64,000 nucleotides of DNA. It comes from a virus (lineage: Duplodnaviria > Caudoviricetes). Under the pieces are notes generated by a model. That model was not told the origin of the DNA. It did not search any database and was given only the letters and a program-made list of their open reading frames with translations. The DNA is taken from the IMG/VR virus record IMGVR_UViG_3300045747_000167, positions 2,037 to 66,036 of that record. One strand, written 5' to 3'. The position numbers and the translations under genes were made by a program. Shown here piece after piece: positions 9,069 through 18,769 of the stretch; within the stretch, counting starts at the first letter, position 1; the number at the start of each line of letters is the position of its first letter.

Positions 9069-10379
9069 ATGAGCTTCGTCACCTACGTCCGCAAGCCTCT
9101 GAAAGAGATTGCGACCTTGCCCTTCCAGGGGCAAGGCGTGCTGGTCATGGTCGAGGACTTGCCCGGCAACCCGCTGTGCGACTGGGCAGGCACAAGCTAC
9201 ACCGTGCCGTTCACCTCCGCACAAGCAGCAGCGGTGGCGGCTGCGGGCCGTTTGTCGTGCCTGCCAAGATGGGCGACCGCGCTGGCAAACGTCAGGGCTG
9301 GCACCGGAAATGCCCGCTTGATGGTACTGGGGGACAGCACTTCGGCGGGTGCGTTCGCCAATTCCGGCGCCGGCTTTGCAAGCAATAATATGGCTTCATG
9401 CTGGCCGTATCTGTTGGCGCCACTGTTTACTGCGCAGGGATACACGCCAAACATAGGTTCTGTGTTCGGAGACGTGACCAACAGCACGATTGTTGCCACC
9501 CTTGTCGCGCACGACACGCGGCGCGCCATAGGCGCAAATTGGACTCTAGGTGCGTTCATCACGTTTGGCGGCAACGTACTGTCAAACGCCAACGCAACCA
9601 CAACGCTCGCCAGTTTTACCCCTGCTGCCGCGTTTGACACCATCATCGTCACTACCATCAACAACGCCGGTTATGGCGTCATGAGCGTAGCAATTGACGG
9701 GGGGGCGACTCTTCAGGATATAAACCTAGCTACAGGCGGCAGCGTTGTTACTCGCACGACAATGTCTGTGCCGAGGGGAACTCATCGCATTGACCTGTTC
9801 AGGGCGATAGCCGATGGCGCGTCCATCCGAAATATCAACTGCGTTTCAATCGAAACCACGGACTCCACCAAGCGCACGGTGGACATCATCAACGCATCGG
9901 TCGGCGGGATAACCTGTGCGATAACAGCGAATACAACCGCGTATTTCAACTCGCTGTCGGTGTTCCCGAACTACAACCCAGACTTGACCATCATTTGCAT
10001 TGGCATCAATGATTGGGTTGCCGGCACGGCGGCAGGAACATATGACCTTGTGACGGCCGGAACCGTAGCAGTTAATACGCAGAAGATCATCGACTCAGCA
10101 CGGCTTAGCGGCGATGTGATCTTGATGACCCCCGTCCCATCAAAGGTGAGTTCGTACACCCAGGCCGCGCAAAACCTGATCTTGGCTGCGATCCGCACCA
10201 CGGGGGCGTTGAGCAACGTGCCAATCGTGGATTTGTACGCCAACTGGGGAAACTACGTCGCAGGGACTACCGCTGGCTATTACTTGCCAAATATCGATGC
10301 CGTGCATCCGGGTGCGGCAGGATACACCGACATGGCATCTCGCGTTGCTGGGGTTCGCGGGTTGTTTGGCGCTACCTGA
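9069..10379 (+). CDS. SGNH/GDSL hydrolase virion spike protein 1
   Basis: LGDSTS, NASVGG, IGINDW, DAVHP blocks; N-terminus shared with 11415. Confidence 0.8.
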   Translation: MSFVTYVRKPLKEIATLPFQGQGVLVMVEDLPGNPLCDWAGTSYTVPFTSAQAAAVAAAGRLSCLPRWATALANVRAGTGNARLMVLGDSTSAGAFANSGAGFASNNMASCWPYLLAPLFTAQGYTPNIGSVFGDVTNSTIVATLVAHDTRRAIGANWTLGAFITFGGNVLSNANATTTLASFTPAAAFDTIIVTTINNAGYGVMSVAIDGGATLQDINLATGGSVVTRTTMSVPRGTHRIDLFRAIADGASIRNINCVSIETTDSTKRTVDIINASVGGITCAITANTTAYFNSLSVFPNYNPDLTIICIGINDWVAGTAAGTYDLVTAGTVAVNTQKIIDSARLSGDVILMTPVPSKVSSYTQAAQNLILAAIRTTGALSNVPIVDLYANWGNYVAGTTAGYYLPNIDAVHPGAAGYTDMASRVAGVRGLFGAT

Positions 10380-10394
10380 CCATGACCCCCACCA

Positions 10395-10415
10395 CAGCCG
10401 CCTGGGCGGCGCTGA
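10395..10415. repeat. 21-bp palindromic repeat CAGCCGCCTGGGCGGCGCTGA, copy 1
   Basis: Identical copy at 13104-13124; each follows an SGNH gene. Confidence 0.85.
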
Positions 10416-10482
10416 GCCGACCATCCCCCCGCGGCCTCCCCAATGGCAGTCTGCGGGCCTGCAAACCAACCAGAGACACAGC

Positions 10483-10896
10483 ATGCCCAAGCTGACCCTC
10501 GACGACATCAACCGCGTCGTCGCGCACGCCGAGTTCCACGTCTTCGCGAACAAGACGACAGTCGTCTGCCTGACCACGAAGAATGGCTTCCAGGTGATCG
10601 GCTACAGCTCGTGCGTCGACCCGAAGGACTACGACGTCGCGATCGGCAACAAGATCGCGGTCGATGACGCCATCCGGCAGCTGTGGAAGCTCGAGGGCTA
10701 CCTGCAGACATTCCTGGACGTGCAGGGCTTCCAGGACGCCGTCGAGTCGGCCGCGCACCGCATGCTGGCCGCAGAGACCGAGGCCGAAGCACAGGCCAAG
10801 GCCGAAGCCGCCGTGACGCCCGACGCGAAGTCGATCGACAACTGGACCGCCTCGGTGGTGGCGACCACCGAAGCATCGCTCGATCCGCAGGCCTGA
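10483..10896 (+). CDS. N4 gp49/Sf6 gp66 family protein (possible nucleotide-signal sponge)
   Basis: TVVCLTTKNGFQVIGYSSCVDPKDYD..IG...A...LWKLEGYL family signature. Confidence 0.8.
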   Translation: MPKLTLDDINRVVAHAEFHVFANKTTVVCLTTKNGFQVIGYSSCVDPKDYDVAIGNKIAVDDAIRQLWKLEGYLQTFLDVQGFQDAVESAAHRMLAAETEAEAQAKAEAAVTPDAKSIDNWTASVVATTEASLDPQA

Positions 10897-10899
10897 CCC

Positions 10900-11418
10900 A
10901 TGCCCATCTGGCTGAGCCTCATCCCCTGGCGCCTGGTTGCCGTTGCGGTGGCCTGCGCAGGGGTGTGGTTCGCCTGGACAGAGCATGGCGCATCCCGCTA
11001 CCAGGACGGCCGCCGCGACATGCAGGCGGTCGTCGTCGCCCAGGTCCAGGAGGAGCAGCGTGCCCTCCAGGAGCTGGCCAACAAGCACCAGGAGAAGGTC
11101 AATGAAATCGCAGCTGCTGACCAGGAGCGCATATCTCTGCTTGAGCGCCGTGTTTCTGCTCTGGACACTGGAACTCGCGGCCTGCGCGAGCGCCTCACCG
11201 CGGTCGTTGCCAGCACTGTCGGACCTCCCGAAGCTCCCGGTGCCACCGGCCAGCCTGATGCAGGCGCCGCCGCCCTCGGGAGCATATCTAGCTCGTGTTC
11301 AGACCTGGCAGCAGGACTCGCTCGCGACGCTGAACGCCTTGCCGACCAGGTCCGCGGCCTCCAGTCCTACGCCGTCGAAGTGAGCGGCGCGCCGCCGAAC
11401 CTGGAGCACTCGCAATGA
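10900..11418 (+). CDS. Rz-like inner-membrane spanin
   Basis: N-terminal TM, coiled coil, C-terminal Cys; contains an embedded lipoprotein ORF. Confidence 0.8.
   Translation: MPIWLSLIPWRLVAVAVACAGVWFAWTEHGASRYQDGRRDMQAVVVAQVQEEQRALQELANKHQEKVNEIAAADQERISLLERRVSALDTGTRGLRERLTAVVASTVGPPEAPGATGQPDAGAAALGSISSSCSDLAAGLARDAERLADQVRGLQSYAVEVSGAPPNLEHSQ
11102..11383 (+). CDS. Rz1-like outer-membrane spanin lipoprotein embedded in Rz (+1 frame)
   Basis: GGAG RBS, MKSQLL...LELAAC lipobox, Pro-rich mature part. Confidence 0.8.
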   Translation: MKSQLLTRSAYLCLSAVFLLWTLELAACASASPRSLPALSDLPKLPVPPASLMQAPPPSGAYLARVQTWQQDSLATLNALPTRSAASSPTPSK

Positions 11419-13088
11419 GCTTCGTCACCTATGTCCGAAAGCCCCTGAAAGAGATCGCTACCCTGCCATTCCAAGGACAGGGCGTGTTGGTCATGGTCGA
11501 GGATCTGCCAGGCAACCCGCTGTGCGACTGGGCGGGCACAAGCTATACCGTGCCGCTTACCACCGCACAAGCAGCAGCGTTGGCGGCAGGCCCCATCGCC
11601 GCAAAGCGCAGCATCACCGGCATAGGTGACTCGATCATGGGCTACGGCGACAACGTTGGCGCAGGCGGAACCGGGACCGGCGCAACCTCGCAATCGCACG
11701 TCGCTTGGGCAATCTCTCAGATGCCCGGCGCTGGCCTGAACATCATCTCCAATCGTGGCGTGGGTGGAACCCTGATTGACGGAGCGGCGGCAAGTTCACT
11801 GATCGGCACCGGATCGACGCCTCAATGGCCGTTGGCTGCGGTGGATAACTCAGACATCCTGTGGATTCACAGCGGCATCAACCACCTAAACCCAAGCATT
11901 GACGCCGGTACACCCACCGTCGCACAAATCCTGACGAAGTTCCGGCGCCTGTTCGATCTGGTGGCTCCGGCAAAAGCACTGGTGATCGTTGATGCCCTGA
12001 CGCCGCTCAACGCGAGCGCGGCGACCCCCAGCGGCGCAGCAGCAAGACGTTCAGACATCCCGCTTATCAACGCCGGCCTGCAAACGCTGTGCGCCGGCTA
12101 TCGCAACGTCAAGTTCAACGACATCTATACCCCGATGGCGCTGGACAATGCAGGCAATGCCAACCCGGACTATTTCACGCGCCTGAACGGCATCCACTTC
12201 ACGACCTGGGGCGCCTACATCGCTGGCGTCACATCGGCTCAGACTCTGTTGCGCAACCTGTACCCGGCCGCAGCTTTCCGCGTGAGCAAGGCCGTCACCC
12301 TGATGGACTTCACCGGCACGGCCGGCACAAAGACGGCTGGAAGCGGGACCATCAACGGCAGCGTGGCGACTAACCTGGCTCTGACCATCGCAGCCGGCAC
12401 GGGCGTGGTAACTGCCAGCGTGGCCGACAATAAGCAGCGCTTGGTGATCGACAATAGCGCGGGCGCTGTCACTTGCACGGTGCAGCTCAACTTTTCCAAC
12501 ACCGCAAGCTGGAACGGCACCCTGGCCAACGGCGACACGGTGGTCGCATACGCCAAGATCGAGTGCGCCTCGCAGACCGGCATGCGCCGCTGCAATCCGA
12601 CGTATATCCTCAATCCGGCAGGCACGCCGGTCAACATCGACGGGCTTTCAAAGAGCACGCAGGAGCTGGCTGATTCTGGGCCGCAGGGTGTGGTATTGCC
12701 GCTGTTCCCGCCGAACTTCTCGGGCATCTTCCAGACGCAACCCTTTGCGCTCAATGCCGTTGTGGCGACGATGAACATGGCCGTGACGATCGAGCTGGCC
12801 CCGATGTACTACGTCTTCTCCGTGTCTGGGGTGACGGTGGTTCCGACGGTTGGCGCGACCTACACCAACAACGCGCAAACCTTCACTGTCGCGGCGTTCA
12901 ATGTCTCGGGCGGCGTGGGGACGATCCTGGCGACGGCGGCCGGCGCGCCTTCAGCTTCAGGAACCCTTTCCAAGAGCGGCGGCACTGGCGATGCAACCAT
13001 TGCATTCTCAGCATATGTGACGACCCCGGGTGGCACGGCTGACGTGAGCATCAGCGGCTATGGCTACAACGGGCTGACGCCGCTGTGA
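11415..13088 (+). CDS. SGNH hydrolase virion spike protein 2
   Basis: IGDSIM, NRGVGG, SGINH, NGIHF blocks; first 47 aa identical to 9069 protein. Confidence 0.78.
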   Translation: MSFVTYVRKPLKEIATLPFQGQGVLVMVEDLPGNPLCDWAGTSYTVPLTTAQAAALAAGPIAAKRSITGIGDSIMGYGDNVGAGGTGTGATSQSHVAWAISQMPGAGLNIISNRGVGGTLIDGAAASSLIGTGSTPQWPLAAVDNSDILWIHSGINHLNPSIDAGTPTVAQILTKFRRLFDLVAPAKALVIVDALTPLNASAATPSGAAARRSDIPLINAGLQTLCAGYRNVKFNDIYTPMALDNAGNANPDYFTRLNGIHFTTWGAYIAGVTSAQTLLRNLYPAAAFRVSKAVTLMDFTGTAGTKTAGSGTINGSVATNLALTIAAGTGVVTASVADNKQRLVIDNSAGAVTCTVQLNFSNTASWNGTLANGDTVVAYAKIECASQTGMRRCNPTYILNPAGTPVNIDGLSKSTQELADSGPQGVVLPLFPPNFSGIFQTQPFALNAVVATMNMAVTIELAPMYYVFSVSGVTVVPTVGATYTNNAQTFTVAAFNVSGGVGTILATAAGAPSASGTLSKSGGTGDATIAFSAYVTTPGGTADVSISGYGYNGLTPL

Positions 13089-13103
13089 TGGCGACCACCA
13101 CCC

Positions 13104-13124
13104 CAGCCGCCTGGGCGGCGCTGA
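13104..13124. repeat. 21-bp palindromic repeat, copy 2
   Basis: Identical to 10395-10415. Confidence 0.85.
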
Positions 13125-13196
13125 ACAACAAATGAAGTCCTTCAATCCAATCGCCGATGCAGCGCGCGCCGCACCAGAGCAATAGAGGAACCAGCA

Positions 13197-13610
13197 ATGA
13201 CCGTTCAGTACAGCACTACCGTGCGCGCCGCGATGGCCGATGCCTGGGAAACCGCCCAGGGCACCGCCGTCAAGGTACGCATCTACACCGGCACGCAGCC
13301 TGCCAGCTGCGCCACCGCCGCCAGCGGCACGCTCATCATCGAATTTGCGCTGGCAAGCGATTGGGCGACCAACCCCGGCACGGGCGTGAAGGTGCTCAAC
13401 GGCCTGCCTCTGAGCGGAGCAGCCACGGGCGCCGGAACCAACACGGCCGGGCACTACCGCTTCTACGACACGGCTGGCACCAACTGCCACGAGCAGGGCA
13501 GCATCACGGCCACGGGCGGCGGTGGCGACATGACCATCGACAACACGTCGATCGCCAGCGGGCAGACCGTGCAAGTCACGGGCTACACGAAGACCTGGCC
13601 CGGCGCATAA
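13197..13610 (+). CDS. putative virion structural protein
   Basis: GAGG RBS; RIYTGTQP...GTAGHYRF...QGSIT..GGGGDM pattern seen in phage structural proteins. Confidence 0.7.
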   Translation: MTVQYSTTVRAAMADAWETAQGTAVKVRIYTGTQPASCATAASGTLIIEFALASDWATNPGTGVKVLNGLPLSGAATGAGTNTAGHYRFYDTAGTNCHEQGSITATGGGGDMTIDNTSIASGQTVQVTGYTKTWPGA

Positions 13611-13656
13611 CGGCATCACTGCTGGCGCACTCACCCCACAAAACTGAGACATACAA

Positions 13657-14328
13657 ATGGCGGCCAAAACAGACCAAGTCATCATCCTGCCGACAGACAC
13701 GGGAAACACCGGGAAGAAGATCCGCACCAAGGAAAGTGTGGTTGGCGCGAACACGGTCGAAGAGTATTTCTTTATCCCCAGCACCGAGCGCGATCTTGTG
13801 GGCCAGCACAAGTTTGTTGTCCCGGCACAGGCAATCCCTGCCGCAGTCCATACGGGAACAACGACAGGATTTCTTTTCCTCATCAATCCGCTGACCAGCA
13901 CGGTCAAAATTGCGATTGACCGGATGACGTTTAAGCACAACTTCAGCACGACACTGGCTGTCGATCTGATCGCACCGCTAATCAACGTCAACCGCATCAC
14001 GTTCACTGGCACGCTGTCTGCCACGACCACAACGCCGGCCAGGAGAAAAACGGCAGATGCAGCAGCTCAGGGCCTGATTGCCACGGCGTCAACCGGCCTT
14101 ACCGTGACGCTGGGCGCTGCTGTGTTCGGCTTTGTCGGAAACACGATGGACCTTGTCACGGGCGGTGGTGGGCACTGGTCGGCGCAGACCGACGAATGGA
14201 ATCCGTCAGAGGAAGACGATGAGCTTGTCTTGGTTGCTGGCGAAGGCCTTGTTGTCTGGTCTACCTTTGCAGTGACGACAGCAAACCGCAAGCTTTTGAT
14301 TAACGGGGCGTGGTTCGAGTACAACTAA
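13657..14328 (+). CDS. putative virion structural protein
   Basis: Beta-rich ORF in structural operon. Confidence 0.6.
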   Translation: MAAKTDQVIILPTDTGNTGKKIRTKESVVGANTVEEYFFIPSTERDLVGQHKFVVPAQAIPAAVHTGTTTGFLFLINPLTSTVKIAIDRMTFKHNFSTTLAVDLIAPLINVNRITFTGTLSATTTTPARRKTADAAAQGLIATASTGLTVTLGAAVFGFVGNTMDLVTGGGGHWSAQTDEWNPSEEDDELVLVAGEGLVVWSTFAVTTANRKLLINGAWFEYN

Positions 14329-15642
14329 ATGGCCTCGACGCTGATTGATGGCGTTGTCTTCCACGACGGTTTCGCAACACCCGCAACACCCGGCACGTCG
14401 GCGCTTGTCGACGGAGTAAACCAGCAGGGATTTGCCACTGGCGCCAGCGCGACAGCGCAGCCAGTTGACGGCATTCTCGGGCTGACTTCATGGTCAGTAT
14501 CAGGGGGTGCGGCCAGCGCCACATCAACGCAGGCAGTCCCCGATGCAGCGCTGGTGGCCACGAGCAAGGCGCTGGCCAGCGCGACCTCGACGCAAAGTGT
14601 TCCCGATGCGGAACTGGTGGCAACGTCTGCTGTGCGCGCCAGCGCCAGCACAACGCAATCGGTGCCAGATGCCGCGCTGATCGCCTCCGCGAAGGCGCTT
14701 GCCAGCGCCACGTCAACGCAGTCGATTCCCGATGCAGCGCTGGTGGCCACTGCCACGGCGCCGGCTTCCGCGCGCACTCTGGCGGCGGCTCAGAACGTTC
14801 CAGATGCAACATTGGTGGCAACTTCGGCGGTAACGGCCAGCGTTGCATCCGCGCAGTCTGTTCCTGATGCCACGCTCTCTGCGACGGCTGCCGCCATAGC
14901 TTCTGCGACATCATCACAAGCAGTTCCAGATGCGGCACTGACTACAGCCTCAACGGTTCGATCCAGCGCCACGGCATCGCAGTCCGTGCCAGGCGCATCG
15001 CAGTCGGCGACCGCCGCCACCATGGCGACGGCGGCGGCCAACCAGTCGGTGCTTGATGCGGCTCTGACTGCGACGGCATCGACAGGCGTGGGAACAATCA
15101 GCCTGACTGCGACGCAGATGGTCCCGCAGCCGACGCTTGTCGCGACGGCCGCGGTGGACGCGTCGATTTCTGCCACTCAGAGCGTTCCTGACGCCGCTCT
15201 GTCTGCGACGGTGCTATCGGGCTCAGGCATCGCGCCGCCGTCTCCGGGCGACACGCTGGGAAGCGGAGGGCCCGACGACAGCGATGAGGACAAGCACTTC
15301 GCCAAGTCCGCTGCGGCGGCAAAGGCCAGGTACGCGCCGGCAGCCATCGATGCGGTGGCCGATGTCCAGGAGGCGCCGGCTTTGCTGGCCCATGTGGTCG
15401 CGCTGCCAGCGGCCCCGGGCGTTGGCCTCGAGAGCGTCATCAAGAAGGCCACGCAGGCGGCCGCGCAGGCCAGCGCGCAGCTGGACACCGAAGCAGACGA
15501 CGAAGAGGCGATCGTGATGTCTCTGCTGCACCTCGACACCAACGTGCAGCCAAAGAGGCAGCAGTTCATCCAGCTGGACGACGTGGGTCAAGACGAAGAA
15601 GACGCCCTGGTCATGGCGCTTCTCCACCTCGAACTCGCCTGA
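14329..15642 (+). CDS. repeat-rich fibre-like protein with ~20-aa ASATSTQxVPDA repeats
   Basis: Tandem imperfect repeats; duplicated acidic C-terminal motif DxEEA(I/L)VMxLLHL. Confidence 0.7.
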   Translation: MASTLIDGVVFHDGFATPATPGTSALVDGVNQQGFATGASATAQPVDGILGLTSWSVSGGAASATSTQAVPDAALVATSKALASATSTQSVPDAELVATSAVRASASTTQSVPDAALIASAKALASATSTQSIPDAALVATATAPASARTLAAAQNVPDATLVATSAVTASVASAQSVPDATLSATAAAIASATSSQAVPDAALTTASTVRSSATASQSVPGASQSATAATMATAAANQSVLDAALTATASTGVGTISLTATQMVPQPTLVATAAVDASISATQSVPDAALSATVLSGSGIAPPSPGDTLGSGGPDDSDEDKHFAKSAAAAKARYAPAAIDAVADVQEAPALLAHVVALPAAPGVGLESVIKKATQAAAQASAQLDTEADDEEAIVMSLLHLDTNVQPKRQQFIQLDDVGQDEEDALVMALLHLELA

Positions 15643-15763
15643 CCTCGCAAGAAACCTTCCCCCTTGTTCTCAAGCCGTTCAAGACTCGCGCCCAGCTGCA
15701 CTCATAGCGGCCTGAGCGACATCAGGTGGGAGCGGCGAATCACGTATCCCAACGAGAACGGGA

Positions 15764-16831
15764 ATGGAAGACATGAGCGAAAAGCGCGACCTCGAGTACT
15801 ACATGGCCCACCCCCATGAGATGCCGTCCAACATGGACGATCTCCTGGCCCTCGAAGGAGGGGACGAAGGTGGCCTCGATGTCCCGCCACTCAAAGAGGG
15901 TGAAACAAGCGCAACGCCCGGCGCGAGTGGTGGCGAGAAGGTTGCTGAGAGTGGTGCCGCAAGCGGAGATCCCGCCGGCGGCGCGGCGAACAAGGCAGGC
16001 ACGGAGCCGCCGCAGGTCATCAAGAGCAGGGACGGGAAGCACGAAATTCCGTACCAGGTTCTGGAGACCGAACGCGATCGCCGTCAGGCTGCTGAGAAAG
16101 CCGCGGAGACGTTGCGACAGCAACTGGCCGACCTGCAGGCGCAGGCGACCGGCAAGACTGCAGCCCCCGCGCCAGCGGCGGCAGTGGCCCAGCCGGACAC
16201 GCCCAGCGAAGCAGACATCGATCAGATCGCTGCCGACTTCCCGGAGCAGGGGAAGGTACTGAAGGCGCTGCTGGGCACGGTGACGGCCCTGCAGCAGGAG
16301 TTGGGGAACTTGCGGCAGAACGATGCTGCACGCTCCACTCGAGATGCGACGACCGCGCAGGGCACTGTCCAGCAAGCGATCGACGGCAACGAGAAGCTCC
16401 GCTACCTCCAGGCCAAAGACCCTGAACTCTTCGCGGAAGCCATCCGTCTCGACAACCAGCTCAAGGCATCCCCGCGCACGAAGGGGCTCACCCTCACGGA
16501 ACGGTTCACCAAGGTGGTGACCGGGCTCGAGGCGACGTTCGGTGAAATCGATGTGCCGGCCGAGTTCAAGACCTCGCCGGCCCCGACGCCAACGCCGACT
16601 CCTGCTCCGAAGGTGGCCCAGAAAACAGACGTGGCTGCACAAGCCAGGGCTGCGGTGGAAGCGGCCGAAAAGGCCCAACGCATCCAGTCGTTGTCGGACA
16701 TCCCCGGTGGAACCCCACCGGCCGCAACGGAGCTGGAAGCGCTCGGGAACCTGTCGGTCCAAGAGCTGGGCGTTCGTCTCCAGGAGATGGATCCCGCGAA
16801 GCTCACTGCCCTGCTGGCGCGTGCGGCCTGA
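15764..16831 (+). CDS. capsid scaffolding protein
   Basis: KDGKHEIPYQVL-type motif, coiled coil, directly upstream of MCP. Confidence 0.8.
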   Translation: MEDMSEKRDLEYYMAHPHEMPSNMDDLLALEGGDEGGLDVPPLKEGETSATPGASGGEKVAESGAASGDPAGGAANKAGTEPPQVIKSRDGKHEIPYQVLETERDRRQAAEKAAETLRQQLADLQAQATGKTAAPAPAAAVAQPDTPSEADIDQIAADFPEQGKVLKALLGTVTALQQELGNLRQNDAARSTRDATTAQGTVQQAIDGNEKLRYLQAKDPELFAEAIRLDNQLKASPRTKGLTLTERFTKVVTGLEATFGEIDVPAEFKTSPAPTPTPTPAPKVAQKTDVAAQARAAVEAAEKAQRIQSLSDIPGGTPPAATELEALGNLSVQELGVRLQEMDPAKLTALLARAA

Positions 16832-16862
16832 GTGATTCGGCCGAACCCTCAGGAGTTTTGAA

Positions 16863-18167
16863 ATGTCTCAGACCGCAGTTCTCGCTGGCGACGCACTCGC
16901 CAGAAAGCTGTACAGCGTCGCGCTCTTCGCGCAGACGCAGCGTATGCCCGGCTTCGGCCGCCAGCTCACGGGTCCGGTTGCCGACGCCGGCGCCGCCCTC
17001 AGCAAGATCAAAGGCCAGTCGGTCCCCGACATGCCGATCGTGCGCGTGACCGACCTGTCGAAGACCGCGGGTGACACCGTGTCGGTCGACATGTTCGGCG
17101 TGATTGGTGGCGCCCCGATCGCGGGCGACCAGATCGCCGAAGGTCGTGGCGAGAAGCTGACCTCCAGCTCGATGGACATCAGCATCAACCTGCTGACCAA
17201 GGCGGTCGACGCCGGCGGCAAGATGAGCCAGCAGCGCACGCTGCAGGATCTGCGCACCATCGCGATGGCGCAGCTGACGAACTACTTCGCCCGCCTGGAC
17301 GACCAGTCCTCGCTGGTGCACATCGCAGGCGCGCGCGGCTTCCAGACCCAGAACGACTGGGTGATCCCGCTGCAGAGCGACATCACGAACTTCTCGGACG
17401 TGATGGTCAACTCCGTGAAGGCGCCGACCTACAACCGGCACTTCGTGGCAAGCGGCACGACCGTCGTTCGTGGCGGTGCGCAGCTCGGCTCGATCGCGAC
17501 GACCGACGTGTTCAAGCTGGAACACATCGACGCCCTGCGGACCTTCATCGACGAACTGGAGTACCCGCTCCAGCCGGTGCGGATCTCCGATGACCCGGCG
17601 GCCGCCGACGATCCGATGTGGGTCATGTTCGTGTCCCCGCGCCAGTACAGCTCGCTGCTGGCGGCCAGCGGCACGACCGCGCTGCGCACTTTCCAGCAGA
17701 ACGCCTGGAATCGTGCCAGCTACGGCTCGAAGCACCCGCTGTTCCGCGGCGAAGTCGGCATGTGGAACGGCATCCTGGTGAAGAAGCTGAACCGTTCGAT
17801 CCGCTTCATCAGCGGCTCCTCGGCGCAGATCATCACCACGACTGGCGGCATTGGCGTTTCGGCGGGCAATGCCCTGACGGGGACTGAAACCTCGCAGGCC
17901 ATCGCCGGCGCGATCACGACCAGCTATGCGGTCGACCGCGCCATCCTGCTGGGCGCCCAGGCCCTGGCCAACGTCTACGGGAAGAACAAGTCCTCGGACT
18001 ACTACTTCTCATGGCTGGAGCGCCAGTACAACTTCCAGCGCAACCTGGAAGTGGCCGGCGACATGATGGGCGGCAAGGCGAAGCTGCGCTTCAACTACGA
18101 CGAAAGCGGCGTGAAGGTTCCGACCGACCACGGCGTGATCGTTCTGGACACAGCCGTCGCGCTGTAA
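16863..18167 (+). CDS. major capsid protein (N4 gp56/DUF4043 type)
   Basis: AGGAG RBS; DLSKTAGDTV, GGKMSQQRT, HPLFRGEVGMWNGILV, RAILLGAQALA, DHGVIVLDTA. Confidence 0.92.
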   Translation: MSQTAVLAGDALARKLYSVALFAQTQRMPGFGRQLTGPVADAGAALSKIKGQSVPDMPIVRVTDLSKTAGDTVSVDMFGVIGGAPIAGDQIAEGRGEKLTSSSMDISINLLTKAVDAGGKMSQQRTLQDLRTIAMAQLTNYFARLDDQSSLVHIAGARGFQTQNDWVIPLQSDITNFSDVMVNSVKAPTYNRHFVASGTTVVRGGAQLGSIATTDVFKLEHIDALRTFIDELEYPLQPVRISDDPAAADDPMWVMFVSPRQYSSLLAASGTTALRTFQQNAWNRASYGSKHPLFRGEVGMWNGILVKKLNRSIRFISGSSAQIITTTGGIGVSAGNALTGTETSQAIAGAITTSYAVDRAILLGAQALANVYGKNKSSDYYFSWLERQYNFQRNLEVAGDMMGGKAKLRFNYDESGVKVPTDHGVIVLDTAVAL

Positions 18168-18171
18168 AGAC

Positions 18172-18193
18172 GAGCCGGGGCAACCCGGCTCTT
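18172..18193 (+). terminator. hairpin after MCP
   Basis: GAGCCGGG-GCAA-CCCGGCTC then TT (weak U tract). Confidence 0.55.
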
Positions 18194-18218
18194 CACCACC
18201 CTCTTAGGAGAATCGAAG

Positions 18219-18701
18219 ATGGCTACCTACAACGCGATGGACCTTCTGACGAAGGCCGTGCCCGGCATCGACCAGGCAATCGCCCTCACCGGCTCGCTCG
18301 ACAACTCGACGACCGGCAACAACGCGACCACGCTCAGCGGCGACCAGCTGCGACCCGTGAAGATCCCGGCCGGCGTCCGGGTGTCGCTGCTGATCGTCAG
18401 CGTGACCACGGCATTCGGTGCCACCGCACCGGCCTCGATCGGCGTCTCGCACACCGACGGCTCGACGGTGCCCGCCAGCGTCTACACGCTGCCCCGCGGC
18501 ACCCTGGCCGCCGCGACGGTGATCCAGCCGATCACCGATGCCACGCTGGCCACCACCGGCAACAAAGTGGTGGTTCCTGTGAACGGCCCCTTCATCACCG
18601 CGAAGGAGTCGTACCTGGAATTCCTGTTCGGCACGGTCGTCACGGGCGCCAAGGGCGTGGCCGACATCACGGTGCTGGGCGAGTTCGTCGGCTCGCGCTG
18701 A
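18219..18701 (+). CDS. capsid decoration/cement-like protein
   Basis: AGGAG RBS, follows MCP, beta-rich. Confidence 0.65.
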   Translation: MATYNAMDLLTKAVPGIDQAIALTGSLDNSTTGNNATTLSGDQLRPVKIPAGVRVSLLIVSVTTAFGATAPASIGVSHTDGSTVPASVYTLPRGTLAAATVIQPITDATLATTGNKVVVPVNGPFITAKESYLEFLFGTVVTGAKGVADITVLGEFVGSR

Positions 18702-18722
18702 TCGACGCTCGTTGAGCCCAAG

Positions 18723-18748
18723 GGGGCGCTCACAAGGCGCCCCTTTTT
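18723..18748 (+). terminator. intrinsic terminator
   Basis: GGGGCGC-TCACAAG-GCGCCCC-TTTTT. Confidence 0.8.
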
Positions 18749-18769
18749 CTCAGCGTGCCGAGGAACACC

